Shown: positions 1 to 14,418, counted from the first letter of the stretch. The stretch is 34,212 nucleotides of DNA from Sphaeroforma arctica JP610 (GCF_001186125.1 NW_014040138.1:1-34212), one strand, 5' to 3'. Numbers and translations: made by a program. Notes: generated from the letters alone by a model not told the origin.

Positions 1-67
<67 letters not shown>
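1..67. repeat. (TG)n microsatellite, within the presumed first intron of mL46
   Basis: Pure tg dinucleotide run at the window start. Confidence 0.98.
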
Positions 68-72
<5 letters not shown>

Positions 73-218
73 AACTAACTTTCTTGTGCGCGTGTCCGTG
101 TTCGTTCTTAGATATATATATAAATATAATTATGAGCGCTATTGTATCTGGTATATCATATACAATTTCCTATATCGTTTAGCCCACCACGCAACACCCC
201 GGGGCGTATTCCACTTAC

Positions 219-541
219 CGTCCCTCGGCGATGCGTTCTTTGTAGTCGTTAAACTCCAGTTCGAAAGGGTCTGGGTCTGGCGTGAGAATAGGGTATCTCT
301 CTATGATCACTCCGACTGATAATCTTCTTGGGGACACGGTTGAGATGTCAACGTTGGCTTTCTCATCTGACGCATCGGCACTTGAACTATGACGTACAGT
401 TGTACATCTGGCTAACTTTGTGTGCGTGTGTGTATTATGCAATTGGTATTGTTTCCAAGCTGTTAGTGTGTGTGCTTGTCGTGTACACGCTGATGTGTGG
501 GCTTGTCGCAGCAGTCGACCAGATACGTATGAGCTGAGCAT
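219..541 (-). CDS. MRPL46: Mitochondrial ribosomal protein mL46 (MRPL46/MRPL17 family), first coding exon; the rest lies off-window to the left
   Basis: ATG at 541 gives an Arg/Ser/Thr-rich presequence (MLSSYVSGRLLRQ...), then LSVGVIIERYPILTPDPDPFELEFNDYKERI, resembling the MRP-L46 N-terminal motif. The exon ends at a GTAAGT donor (218). Confidence 0.75.
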
Positions 542-1338
542 CGTGATCGAGGTTTGGGTGATATGAATATCGCCTGGTTCCCTACCCTTATATATTGGTA
601 AGAACACCTGTCTATTGAACAGATCAAGGTTGTTCTAGATATGTATGTGACCTTGACGCTCACTTTGTAGTTCCCTCGGTACCTCTCTCTCTAATATTAC
701 CGCCACCCCTTCTGGTGCGCTACTTATTCTAAAGTACCTATTTGAGCTGCTTTGTTTATCAATATATACCCCCAGCAGACTATTTACCACTAGCTCTCTA
801 GTAGCTTTATATACCCCGTGATTGCGCGTGGAATTTAATACACTACACACAACAAATGCAAACCCTCTACTGGGGTAGAGTGCATGAGATATTTGTAAAT
901 ACATACCGTAGTTGAGGCGGTAGCAGAGTTTGCAACAACAATAGAATAGTTTGCAACGCGTGTATTTTTATACATAAAAAAGCAAGAAGAATTGACGCGG
1001 CAAATTATCCGCGAAATTCAATGATACATTGCATAGAGAGAGCGTCTAATCAGTAATAGGCTATTAAAGAGGCTTTATTTATGTGCTTGAGCTTTAGATA
1101 TTTGATGTGATATTCCGCAACAAGTCAAGTTCGCCTATTAACATTGTCGTACAGATAGTTAACTAATAGATCATGTAGATACTTTCTCTGCATACTATTT
1201 AGCTTAGAAGAATACAAGACGTGAGGTGTTCTCGTGATCTCAGTATACTCCCCTCGTTCCTTATTCATTCACCTGAATTCAGCTTTTTGTTTCACATATT
1301 GAATAGCAATAGTGAACAGACTTTAGGAGAACCCCAAG

Positions 1339-1804
1339 ATGCGCATCAGTTCATTGTTGAGTTGTTTATCTACGGCTGTGGCAGCAAACATCATTTATCC
1401 CACGGCTCAGTGCGACACTATCGAATATGGGAGAAGTCGGCAGTGTCAGGTATGAGATGAATGAAGTGATTAGGAAAAATGTTATACCCCCTAAATGTAA
1501 GTCCCAAGTACTTCTCATTCCTGGTGGCACTTCACATGTGAATCCCGATTTATTTCGAATTGATATATGTTCCCGTTGTCTTATATGATTTACTTCACGT
1601 GTATGTGTGTTTGTGTGTGTATGTGTGTGTTTGTGTGTGTGTTTGTGTGTGCGCGCTCGCGTGTGTGTGTGTGTATGCGTGTACACGTGTGCGTACATGT
1701 AGTATATATATATGTGTGTGTGTCTGTGTCTGCTTCTGTGTCTGTGTCTGTGTCTGTGTCTATGTTTGCTTCTATGTAAGTGTCTGGGTCTGGGTCTGGG
1801 TCTG

Positions 1805-1854
<50 letters not shown>

Positions 1855-1891
1855 CTGTGTCTGTGTCTGTGTGCGTGTGTGTGTGTGTGTT

Positions 1892-1928
<37 letters not shown>

Positions 1929-3599
1929 AATGTATATATATATATATGGATATATATATTTATGTATGTATATATGTGTGTGGATATATATATATATATA
2001 TATAAATATATATATCCATATACACTAATATGCCTATAATATACATGTGTGCATTATAAATATGTATCCGTACAGATTTGACTTTTTATATATACTGAGA
2101 GATTTATCCGTGCGGTTTGGTACTAATTAAACATCTATTTCTAGATGCAGACAACTGTGCACACAAAATCTATACATAAAGCATGTGGACCAAATTCGTT
2201 TTTGCACGGTCATTGTGTGTACAACATCAAAATTACAATCTATGACACTATTTTGTGTGGAATTGGTTATGAAAATGACCTGTTGGGGTAGATACTTAGA
2301 TACAGACGCCCTTTTTTTTTTTCGGTGAATTTTTATGTTGTATCTGATAAGTTTATCAGTAGTATTTTCTCCTTGGTTGGGGACCCGTCATTAGTTTCCA
2401 TTTTCTGGAGAATGGGGCACGGGCTAACTCTATTCATCTGCATAGTGTGCAGAATTTCGAATGTGCCCGATCACAAACGACTGATATGTTTAAATTTTAG
2501 CTGCGAGTACTACTGGAGTACATAATGTCTACAATTGCGGACTGTGTTGCTGCACAATTCAATGATCTGCTTCATCCATATCATATGTATTGTCCGTGTT
2601 TTATATGTACCTAATATATGATACTGTGTCTCATCTCATGTTGTAGTCGTTTGCTATCATCTTTTTGCTGTTGACATGCATGAGAGCACTTACTTTCAAA
2701 TACACTTCACAAAGTGATGTTCTCAGGTTACACAATATAAATCTGTGCACACCCGTCGGCGTATGGAGAGCATGCGTTGTAGAAAAACAAGACCTCTAAT
2801 CCAATCATGTCTACGCATTATCACAGGCGTCAGATATGCCCATATACAACTCAACCGCAGTCTGGCACCTCGACACACCAAAACTAGCCGATCAGCTCAC
2901 CAATGCATCTGCGGGACACTTCTCCACACCTTACACGGCTGTTTATGTACACACTGAGTGGTGCCCGTATAGTATACGCAGCTTCCCTGTGATTAAGGAC
3001 CTGTCACGGGTTTTCCCACATATCCCAGTAGTGGCGATTGACGTGATGGAAGAGAATGCTAGGCGATGGGTTACCGTCGTGGGCGTACCCGCAATCCTTA
3101 TCTACGATGGTATGTGTTTGAGTCGTTCGTTTCTTTACTTGGGATCGTTTATACGTTACGCAATTATACGCTTGTGTGTGTTTTATCAGTATCAACCGTG
3201 TATGCTTATCGTAGCGGACGTTGTTACACTCAATGCCTCATCAGGGGAATCTTCTCGTGCTATGGAGTATTAATCAAGTGCATCCTATGGTTTCACGTGT
3301 ACGTATACAACCCTCAGGAATATTGACCTCGCTTTCTTCACATCGGTTCCACAGGCATTGAACTCAAAGCAAAATACTCTGGAACGCGTTCTCTACAAAG
3401 TCTGACAAAATTTGTACAGAAAAAGGTACATCACACACCACAAAATATCACCGAAACGCCCACGATACCTCCGCCAATGTACACACACAAACCGTCGCTC
3501 GAGGGCGTGGATCAGGGAGTGGGATGGGCTCTGTTTGTGATTGTAGCGATACTCGTTCTGCGATGGGTGGGTGATACACCCGAGACCACTATTGAGTGA
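1339..3599 (+). CDS. TXNDC15: TXNDC15/APRL-like thioredoxin-domain membrane protein; exons 1339-1449, 2827-3109, 3355-3599
   Basis: Exon 1 is signal-peptide-like ([16 protein letters not shown]; donor GTATGA). Exon 2 has a Trx fold with WCPYS and [10 protein letters not shown]. Exon 3 has [15 protein letters not shown] and a C-terminal hydrophobic helix ([12 protein letters not shown]), then TGA. Intron phases (0, 1) join in frame. Exon 1 assignment is less certain than exons 2-3. Confidence 0.75.
1598..2050. repeat. Compound microsatellite (TG)n/(TGTCTG)n/(TA)n in intron 1 of the TXNDC15-like gene
   Basis: Directly visible low-complexity runs. Confidence 0.95.
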
Positions 3600-3846
3600 T
3601 CGCAATCGCACATTCTGATACATATGCTCGGCGAACGTAAACGTTCCTGTCGAGGACTAATTAGGAGTATGCGTGCTTACATATGGTCGCATGACGTTAC
3701 CTGGATTCGAACGTCTCTATTAAGATGCAGTGGCGAATATTCCGCCACAGTCGGGTCCCAGTGCAGGAGAACTTACTCTGTTTGATGTAGATATAGTGGT
3801 GACCTACCCATAAGGCTCGAATGAGTAGGAGGCAACTTTGTAAAAA

Positions 3847-4281
3847 TCAAACAGCGCGTGCTCCTCTATCTATTCCGTGATGGGTGCCGTTGTTCTTCAC
3901 ATCGACAGCGAAGAGGTTTGTCGGTAACGCAGAGATCATAGACGCCTTAGGTTCTTTGAGAAAGTCATTTGGGTACACCTCGTGAGCCTTGACAGTTATT
4001 CCGTCCATGTGACATAGTATTGCGTGCAATTTAAAATTGAGAGCGCCCAGGGTTACGTTACGATACCTTTGAAATACCGGTTGTCGACAGTACAGGCAGT
4101 ACAGGCTGAGATATTTATGCGCTGACCAGTACGCTCGATGTGTGTGCCGGCTTAAAGATAGCAACGCTCTTGAATCCGGCAAAATCATTTCCCACAGCGT
4201 TCGTCGGTACACGAAATTGTACTCTTCATTAAGGATTGTAGGCATTACTGAAGGGTTAGATGTATCTACATAAAGGTGCAT
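3847..4281 (-). CDS. Hypothetical 144-aa ORF, unknown function, possibly TE-derived
   Basis: Open ATG-initiated frame of non-repetitive composition; no family motif recognised. Confidence 0.25.
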   Translation of the reverse strand: MHLYVDTSNPSVMPTILNEEYNFVYRRTLWEMILPDSRALLSLSRHTHRAYWSAHKYLSLYCLYCRQPVFQRYRNVTLGALNFKLHAILCHMDGITVKAHEVYPNDFLKEPKASMISALPTNLFAVDVKNNGTHHGIDRGARAV

Positions 4282-4307
4282 CCGGACCTTAAACCCCTAA
4301 ACGCTGA

Positions 4308-4500
4308 TCAATTGCTGCCCTTATAATTCTTTCCCTGATATTTTTTTTCCGCGGACTTCAAAAAAAAGAAAAACATCCATATCTATTCATTTTTATGGTC
4401 CGACCCTGATAAATTGCTGCCCTTATTTCCTTTGCTTGCGGGTTCTTTCCTAAGGACTTCGAAAGACCTGAATAACATCCGATATCTATTTGTATGCCAG
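4308..4500. repeat. Diverged tandem duplication (~100-bp unit)
   Basis: aattgctgcccttat...ggacttc...aacatcc...atatctatt occurs twice in succession. Confidence 0.7.
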
Positions 4501-4899
4501 GCATTTTTCGCATATGATCGCCAACAGCACAATAATACTACTCATATTCCTAATACTTGAAATTGGGAAGCGGATATCCTACTTAAATGAGGAATACCGG
4601 TCTAGAATTTTAGTGGCTGTAGAAATGTTCTACTCTCAAACCAAACACTGAGCTGTTGGTCTGAAAGGGTCTGACTCCTCAAGACATCCCCCTTCTATTC
4701 CTTCATATTAAACCCATATTTTGAACCATCGCTCAATTTTGGCTTAAATTACATGTGTAAGGGCTAGCAATAACATTTTTAACGAAAGTCAAATACAACC
4801 GCGAATATTTCACCAATGCAACTTATTATATTTTATATATTGGTGTAAATAAAGAGCGACAGTTCGACACCCGTCATGTGTCAAAGTTCAGCGCATATT

Positions 4900-6150
4900 A
4901 TATATACGTAAAACAAGTTATCAATGCATTATATGTGCAGATGGTATCTCACCAAGGCTGCATAGATGACTGCTGCACTAGTATTTTTACCCATACCTGT
5001 GAACAAATATGGTGTTCGACAGATTAAGGAATAATGTATAGAAAATCATGAGTCGGGTAGTGGTACGAACGATTAAGCCGAGGAAGCATTAGATTCGTCA
5101 ACGATAAGTGATGTACCGCTTGCAATCACATCCGAACAGATAAACCAGAACTTGTGCGTGTATGGCACCACATTCTGAAAGAAGTCTTACATTTGATAAA
5201 TCCGCTCCTAGTTCAAAAAATCATGAGTACTACTGTGAATTCTGGACATTGTTCAGAGATGTCTTTTCATTGATCACACTGAAGACCGTATATTAATAAA
5301 CAGAGTAGTAGAGGAACGTGGCCATCATTATAATTATTACGATAGGATAACACACAAACGACAATTCATTAGTATGAGAGTGCGACGGATAATTCCATGT
5401 CCTAGATTGCTGTAGAACCGCGTAACTAAGGTGTTTGAAGCAATGAGAAACAAAATGAGCTCACGTTCTGGCTCAAAGCTGTTTAATGTTAAAACTCGCG
5501 AGCAAGATCAAACTTGACCATATCAGGGACAGTTATGAATCTGATTCACCTAATATTAGACTCTATTGTAGTGGCACAAAGGACAGTGACGAATTGCGCT
5601 TATGAAACTGTTATCATGCACCTAACAAAGTTGATCAATTTAGTAGTACATGAAACAATATCTGGAAATTCGGACACCTATCACTAGTAGTACACTCGTT
5701 AGTAATGATATGGTATACATGCGTCGTATGCCCGATTAAAAACAAGATATAAAGTACAATGGTACCCTACGACACACAATTTGTAGATAAGAGTGTCATG
5801 AATTTAGATCTGACTAGTGAGAGCGTAATGGGATGTTTGTATCCACGACCCGATGACTTTGTAGCGACGAAAAAGTGTTTTGGTATTGTACCAATACGGC
5901 TTCTATTTGAAGAAAGCCTGCTATCCCCACTAGAAGAGTCATTACAAAATATTCCTGGACCAAAGATATACGAATAGGAGTACACTGACAAAGCGCAGGA
6001 ACTTTCTTTCATGCCTATGTTGCGACATACCACTCCCAGTGGGTTCGCGATTCAAGGAGAGCTTGATTCACTTCAAGTAGACCTTCTGTGCTTGTGCCGT
6101 ATTAGCCGAGATTGTCATGCGCTCAAATGTTTGTTTCGTTGTCATCACGT
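4900..6150 (+). pseudogene. Possible highly decayed Mutator-like (MULE) transposase fossil
   Basis: HYMCRWYLTKA (~4927-4960) resembles the MULE CxxH motif. TFCACAVLAE..LSCAQ (~6081-6126, with a frameshift) resembles a SWIM finger CxC...CxH. Many stops intervene. Confidence 0.3.
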
Positions 6151-7321
6151 AACAATATTTGTGTAGATGCTTCACGTCGCTGTGTAAATTAACGCTCTGT
6201 ATGTTTAATTACATTTATACCAACCATCACAGCCAACACGATAAGCGCTTTTTCACGCATCTGAACAGCCTTGTCAACCACAACTGTAGCCTCGGCCACA
6301 AAAGCCTCCGACACTTATTCGCAGGCCTATGAATAGCAGAATTTCAACAAAGAATCAATACATGTTAATAGAGTGTAATGTGGATGACTATAAGTAAAGT
6401 ACAAATGCATCTAAAGTATGGCGCGTTCGAATGAATTTATCTATGATCTCACCCTCAGTTATATACTGATGGTGCTTGTACTAGTGTTCAACAACTTGGG
6501 TTGGCCACGGTAAAAACTTATAAGATCAGTATGAGAAACCTTATGCAGATCACTTTAGTACTCTGATAAATTTCTAGAAATATATATATATCACATTCTC
6601 TGTTACGTACTCTCAGTCTCGGACCTCGGCTCTCGGCTAGCCGATGGCCCGTGTCCTATAAATACTTTATAGAATAATCTGAGAAGAAGTCATAAATAAC
6701 TCTTACGTTCTCTCGGGCTGACCCACCTATACATATATTAATTGGAAAACAAGTCCCAAGTTACTTTCGGGCTGATGGCGTAAAACGTTCTCAACGTATT
6801 TAGAAATACTTACACTCCTGTAGTCTCTTAATACAAATCACTCTTACCAACAAACACTTATGCACACACAACCCAACGGCAACAAGGCAATTTCATACAT
6901 CAACCCGCACATTCTTGTTAGGCTATCATCTTCCATGCGAATTAACAGTAAGAACCTCAATTGCCCCAGCTTCGAATCGAACAGCAAAATCCATCACAAC
7001 AGCTTAGCTGTACGACAAGTGGCGAAAAAATGGAGGAAGGAAAGCAGATTCAACGACTAAGTTGTGATGGATTTTATGCAGATATACGTAAACATAAACA
7101 ATAATAAATTTTCTTCGTTTTTCAATGAATTGCAATTTTAATTACGATAAGAACTATCATCAAATCTAGACACCTGCTGTGTCAGCCGTACATACGTGAG
7201 TGTTGTAAAATTGCAACCGATTCGGATCAGGGACTGATTGTCACATGCGTCGTAGATTTTACTTTTATCCTTAGTAATTTTCTGCACTCATACTATTTTT
7301 GTGCGTGTGTAGAAAAACGGC

Positions 7322-7632
7322 CTTCGGTCAGTCTATAATATCAAGATCAAATGAGATATTAAGGTTTCTCCAATAAATCCAAAGTGTTCTAAATTCACTT
7401 TGATGGCTTATATAGCCTTAGTGGTTGGTATGACTCATATACTTGGCTCTGTTTAAAACAATAGTTGATGTAGGAAATGACATACTAAATTATATAACTT
7501 CTGAGCTATATACTACTTATCGTTTTGGTCCTCCTGCCAAATTCCAAAATCCAATATAGTGTTTTTCTTAGATATTTTTTATAAATTTTCTTCAGAAGGA
7601 CCTTTACTCATATTTGCTAATGTAATAACTTG
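7322..7632 (-). repeat. Interspersed repeat copy A (inverted homologue of 17398-17752)
   Basis: ccaaagtgttctaaattcactttgatggct and atatcaagatcaaatgagata here are exact reverse complements of blocks at ~17614-17643 and ~17703-17723. Confidence 0.85.
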
Positions 7633-9084
7633 GTTTGCATGCTTTCACCGATCTACGATGAGTCCATGTGAGCTATGCACCTTAAGTACTTCTACGGAAA
7701 AAATATCAATTAAGATTGTACAGGTACATTCTGTGTGATCATGAAGTTTTAAGACTCTTGCCAAGCAGCAACCGCGACCATTTTTGTACAATGTTTCACT
7801 GCTCATTCCTAATAAACTTAATTAGTCGTATTATTATTCTAATATAGTAATACTAATACTATTATCTCTGACGCTTATACGTGTGTAAACCCTATATCCT
7901 AAATTTCGACTCGGAGTGCTGTCAGTCTCATTGTTATACAATCATTTTGCACCTTGTCGTATCATACTTGTCGTCGTCGACAGGAATACCCTCCTCATTG
8001 TCAGGTAGTATTATATTCCTTAATGTCGTGGCCATTCCTTAATAGTAGAGCATTTCAGGTACATAAACAGTCATCGATACATAAAGTTGAAAGCCCCTTA
8101 TTTCTACAGAGCAAGTAATATGTTTTCCGCAGGTACGAATTGGTCTTCTCTATGTACTTCATTTCCTTAACGAATGTATTCATCTACCGACATGTTTAAA
8201 CCATAAATCCAAACCTCGACGAAAACTACTTTATTCGTGTCTTATTTTGCCCCTTGATATCAAACTGTAGAAATGTGATTAAAACGGTGGTTTAGTACTG
8301 CTACCTAAAGGCAAGTGTAGACGAATAATTAAAAGGACTGTATCAAATCTGAGTACTTAAATTAGCGCATGCGATATTGTTTGATTCACCAAATTGACTT
8401 GGGGGGTACTTAGTATTGGAAGGTCACATAGTTTATATCGAGTGGAGATGACTTTGTATACATATATCGGGCATACATATAGCGGTGGCAATAAACGAAC
8501 CGGCAGACCACTAGTGTGTATTTAGGTACTGATCTGGAAGTGACTGATCGTTATCGCAAAGCAATGGCGCTGCACGCTTCTCCAAAAACCCATCGTTGAT
8601 GGTAGCCGTTCAAACTACCCACTATATTGTGTACAGCTGCCTTTCTCACACATCTCGCAATGATATTTATATTAGCCTTTTTTAACTGCTATACTAGAGA
8701 TATTTTTGTATAGAATTTGTGATATAATCCTGCTCAAGGCTATTTGACAGTAATTCATAGTGAGCCATAGTATCTACTGTAGTGGATCAGGTAAATATGT
8801 ATCTGAACCAGCCAACCTACCAACCAACCTAGTATTAGGTTGGTTGGTTCAGTTATTTGCCTAATCCACAATACTACGAATGTACTATGGCTCTTGACTA
8901 TAAGGGTGCGCTTTGAGATGTGATTTTCTTGAATATCAAAAGCGCGGTTGACTGTTTGCTTGTTTTCGTTCATGAAGTATATGTCTACCACTACTGGCAA
9001 ACATCATCCTCAGTATTGTTCGACACCACTGAAATGTGAGCAAATATTATTGAGTGTGCAATTGCTCAAGGTATGTTGTACAAT

Positions 9085-9900
9085 AATAATGACATGCAGC
9101 AATTACTACTGCAGTATATTCGTGTGATGGTCGTTTTTGTAATATTGCGTTGTGTGCGAGATGCATCAATTATGACTAGTTTCAATTACTATTGCTCTAA
9201 ATTCGTGTGATGACTGTGTGTGCGTTGTCATAATTATGCCAAATATAAATTACTGTTGCTAAAATGTTGAGTGATGGCTGTGTGTATGTGATGCAACAAA
9301 TGACTAGTGGCAATTACTGTTGCTGTCTAGTTCTCTTGACTGTGTGTGTGATGCAAGTACTACGACCTGTGTTGCTATATATGAATGCGTTGGCGTGTAC
9401 CTGTCATGTAATGTTGTATATAGTGGAAATCATGTGTGTATGACCTGTAGGGCTACATGTCATAGAATTTACGTGTGCGTATGACACAAAGTGGTATATA
9501 TAATAGAATTCACGTGCATGTATGGCACACAGTGGTATATATAGTATGTGGCGTGTGCCAATGACCTGTAGGGCTATCTATACTGAAGCTCACGTGTATG
9601 CATTGCATATAGTGGTATATATAACAGAATTCAAGTGTGTATAGCATGAAGAACTATGTATAGTATATTGAAATTCAGTGTGTGTACGGCTATAATGGTA
9701 TATATAATGCATTTTACGTGTGAGTATGACATAAAGTGGTATATAAAATAGAATTTACGTTTGTATCACTGGTAGGGCTATATAAAATAAAATTCACGTG
9801 TGTATGACCTACAGAGGTTTATATATAGAACTTGGAATATTTTCATGATCTTTAGGTTTTATATATTAGAGTTGGCGTGTGTCGTTGTCTGGTAGTTGTA
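9085..9900. repeat. Degenerate minisatellite: ~60-bp units (caattactgttgct...gtgtgatg) followed by ~43-bp units (tagaattcacgtgtgtatgac...gtggtatatata)
   Basis: Recurrent motifs at regular spacing, with heavy divergence. Confidence 0.75.
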
Positions 9901-12900
9901 CGTATAGTGGATTATGTCGATATGGCCCTTATCTCGTCATGCCAGGCTGCGCTGCACGCATGTTCGTTTTAGTTTGTAGTGAAATTTGATCGTGCGCTAG
10001 TTTTTCATACACATATGCATTCTGATTTAAGATCTCACAGGCTGATAATGAGATTTTTGGTTTCGTATTTCACTTCATAGCTTGTTGGAATCCTCCAAAA
10101 ATTCTCAAGTGCCGTAGCACTAATATCGGGCCTGGGTACGATGGATTACAACAAGGAATCTACAGCCTTAGTCCATACACATGGCTTATAATCTTTTGAT
10201 GTGAAATCGGTCCACAACAGACATGATGTAGATTCCACAGCTAGCGCATGTGAAAACTCATCAACAAGGAATGCCGCAGCATCAGCTCCTAAAAAAAAAG
10301 GGCAAAAGAAGAACTCAAGTGAAAATGAGACCTTACCGCGCGCAGCAAGCGCTCGTTAAGAAAGCTACCCCTGACTTCCTTGCCTTCTCCAGGGGATCAA
10401 ACTAATTCAGCTCGATATGGAAATGTAAGCAGCAACCCTGTTCCGAAGACAAAAGGTGACTAAAAGCACCGTCGGAGTATCCTGAGGACGTCAGTGAAAA
10501 GGGAAAATAAAGTTAGGAATCAGCCATCATCTGTGTGCTGTTTTCATATATAATTATATGAATTTTATATGCTTGTTTACGAAGTGTACGCCCAGACGAA
10601 TGGCGTTGCCCATATGGGAACATAACATAAACATACAAATTTGGCACGATTTATTTATGTATTTTCGTAGATATTTTCCACAGAACACAACAAACTTAGT
10701 TACGAATATTTACAATTTCTTTGGAAATAAATATATAAAATAAATGTCGCTTATCATTTTACGACCACCAGCTCTGCGTATACGTTCGGCGTACGACATG
10801 ACATCGTTCGCCCGACTGGCAGTAGTATTAGATGTCGTCAATGCGTCGTAAACACTGATTTGGCCCAGGTAATCTCATTAGTCATTTTAAGGTGAGTCAG
10901 GCTAAGGGTAAAGTTTATGTATCTTACATATAAACATCCTTTAGGCATATTAGAATCGTTTCTAATATCATTATGTAGATATTCTTATATATTTATGTAT
11001 TATAAAGTTCTACCACTAATGTGCTATCTCATAACTTACAATGTTCGTGCTATTGCGTTAAGTTATCACATGATGCGTTGGTTCTGTACATAGATCCGGA
11101 TATTACAGGTTAGCATAGCTGCCGAGAAAGCCAATACCAGGCGTAACTTCATATCCGTGTGTTGAGTTGAAAACGAGACCGCCGAAAGGAAGGAACATAC
11201 TGTTGCGAACAAGCGGACATAAAGAAAAGCATGAAGGTTAACACGAATGCTGAACATTTGGATGCGAAGCTTAAAAATGACATCTGTGATTTCAATATGG
11301 ACTTGGATTAGTCAGAGTGTAGGTTCAAGGTGCTGCAATTAGGGGCAACGTTCGTTGATGAGACTGTACAACGATGCCCTGTTCTCCTTTTAAGAGGGTT
11401 GACTTATCAAGAGCTATCTATTTTTTGGACGAATACAGATGCCTTGGACTATGTCATGGCTTGAAATTTCATGTACTAGCTTACAAGTATAGGTGCAATA
11501 TATATACGACTGTATAAAATACTCTTGAGCTACCTGGGTAGAAAACTTAGTACAACAATACCAGGTTCCACTGAGGTTCCTATTTTGCGCTTGGATGTCA
11601 TTATAGACATTTCTCGCAATCGCAATATACAGTAAAACACTGCGCTAATAACTTATTGACACGCACAAATATGTAAATGCACAGCCAATTGTATTTACAC
11701 ATAATTAAACCCATTGGTCGCCTTGATATTTATTTGAGGTGCTTTATCAATTTCCTATTTTACAAAAACATCAGCGGTGCAAATTTGCAGTCCGATCCTC
11801 TCCGTCGTTCAGAAAAAGGTCGAATGATCTAGACGGTGATGTATTCATAAGCGCCAAGCTCAACTGCTGAGGCTTGTTTCACTCCTTCATTTCAAAATAT
11901 TGGACACCCACAATTTGGATCAAGAAATTCTATAATGCCCGTAATCTACAAAACTGACTTTGTAAAAGTCAGGTTAACCAGGCGGACTATCGATGTCAAC
12001 AAGTCATTGTAAAAGAAAATACTATATAGAAGTAAATTTGCACAATGTAATTTAAGTTTAGCTTCAGCCCTTGAGCTAAAGATTAGCGGATTTTAGACTG
12101 AGACTGTTGTCTATATGCTCCGCTCTAATCACTCACTACTTCGGTCTAGATTTATTTGGTGTCAATAACTAAGATAAGATCTCATTTCATTGGATGCATG
12201 ATATTTCATTCTCATATCATTTCATGCTTCGAAACAATTCTGAATTCTCCAATCGGAATTACCAATAAAATATCCAAGTCCAACTCAAGAAAAATCAAAA
12301 TAAATCAAAAAAACCATGTTAGTGCAGATAAAAGTCTGCACCTATACCCCATCACATGGTACCTAGCTCTCCTTCCCATTGAAGGCATAGACGGGAAAAT
12401 CTAGTTGGCTGGCTAGGGGGGATCATTTTCATGCCCCAATTCTCAGTGAGTTATCTCGCGCTGAGAGTATTTGGAAATAAAGCATATGTCATCCAGTGTC
12501 AATTTTGCTTGAGACCCCTCGATTATTTTATCCCATTATTCTGGTGGAAAACATATCAAATATAGAAATACCACCATATCAATATCAACATTTAACAGAG
12601 TCTCCGTCCTCTGTTGTAAACATTTATATTCCCAAATATCTATTATTAGATTATTTGTATGTTTGTTTTGTTTTCTGCATTTCAAAATATCTATAATTGG
12701 GTTATTTGATTATTTTACGGTTACAAGTATCTACAATTGCGTTACAACGTATACCAGGTTTTATAACCGTATTGTGTTGAAACATTCATACGTTCATAAT
12801 ATACGTTTAACATGTCCTTCTACTATAGGAACCCGCTGATTTTACAACTTGGTGTGGTCAAAACGGACAAGAGTCCAGGTCATCTTTTGGATCTGTTTGA

Positions 12901-14237
12901 TACTGATATTAGTACTCTATCAGTCAACCCGGCCTATATTTCACAACAGACTATGATGTTAGACAGTAAAAATCATTTCACTATCAAATAGTATATATCA
13001 TTTCATTGTCCAGACGTACAAAATCTAGATTGCAGGGGAGGGCCTCCAGAATGAATTCTAAAGGTGAGATCGTGACGTTCATGTCCTTTTTTGACGACTT
13101 GTTAGAAGCGGTGCCAACCAGGGTTGGCGATTTAAATCTTAGTGATGAGACCAATTAACACGGTCATCGTCTTGAGATAGAAAATTATGGGGTAAGTAAT
13201 AAGTAAATGTTAATTCACAAAATGCCTGTGCGATCATTTCATTATTTCTCGTATCTGACGATTATTGTTTATCAGTATAAATATACACTTGGTACTTCTC
13301 ATATATGAACAAACTTAGGTGATTCATGTAATCCTTCAATCATACCTCCATATTGGGACCGATACGTAAAGGAATATTTCAAGACGTTGTGGTCTATTCC
13401 GTATCCAAGAACAGGTACACTCTGTCAATTCTGCAATAGGACTCAGATAAATTTAAATGGTGAATTCTGTCTATACAATAATGAAGAGATATTGTATATG
13501 AGTGACAGGTTGGCCATGCGTAAAAATACAAAGCGGTGACAATCAAGCAGACGGGAGGGCAGAACAACGTCGAACGGATCAAGTTAGATGACATCACTTA
13601 GGCTTTGGGGCAGTAACGCAGAGAATCCTAGCACAGTGAAGGCTATATATTTATTTTTCTACATCTTTGAAGGAGACAATGTTGGATAATACTACCTTCA
13701 TCCAGCGATGCTGAAGTTTTGTAGCGCTTGGCAAGAGTTGTAAAACCTATACGAAATCCTATTCAATATTATCACATATATACACACAACAAATTTCTCA
13801 ACCTCAAAGACTTTAGTCGTTGGTGTGATTACATGACCTATGATCGTATTCCCAAAGCGATCATATCTGAATATCAACGTGGAATGCTTATGATACAACC
13901 TGACCTGACTGATCATGATTCGCATGCAGTGTATGATTGCTTCATTCGCGGTTATTGTATATTTTGATTAGTAGATAGACGCCATGGTAGACACGATGTT
14001 CGTTACCGGAAAACGAATACACGCGTGTGAAACAGTAACACAGTAAGAAATTCAAGTCGATCATCCTTAGTAGTAGGGTTCGGTCTGAGGTTGGTGTGTA
14101 TTTTTTTTATTAAAATAGCTAAATTAGTTCATTCAAAACTAAATTTATACTTTTTGGTTTGTGAAAACCTTAGTTTATCTATTTAAAACAAATACTTTGT
14201 TGCTCTTGTTCCAACTCTCAACCCCCACGTCCTCTAA

Positions 14238-14418
14238 AATGGACAATATAAACTCGATTGCTCAAGAAGTGTCTTTGTTATATTTTGGCATTGAATATAA
14301 ATAAGTATTTGTCTTTATCTCATCATGCTGTGTTCAGATATATAAGTTTAGTAAAAAACTACTTTGAAGCTAAGGAAAAACTATGTTTGTGATTCTAAAA
14401 CCTGGGCAGCGCCCAAAA
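14238..14418 (-). repeat. 3' LTR of the Copia element
   Basis: Diverged direct repeat of 28826-28993 (shared ...aggaaaaactatgtt(t)gtgattctaaaacctgggcagcgcccaaaa). It follows RNase H and a purine tract (AGGAAGG on minus). Confidence 0.75.

Noticed and set aside
1366..2039. ORFs rich in CV/YI/HT
   Set aside because: Translations of intronic microsatellites.
6601..6911. Solo LTR starting TGTTA with a TATA box
   Set aside because: The right boundary and TSD could not be fixed convincingly.
10050..14000. Coding-like fragments
   Set aside because: Short frames broken by stops, with no recognisable motif or consistent splice pattern; probably decayed TE or gene debris.
14401..14418. Helitron 3' hairpin
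   Set aside because: No CTRR terminus follows, and the repeat is better explained as Copia LTRs given the adjacent PBS/gag and RNase H.
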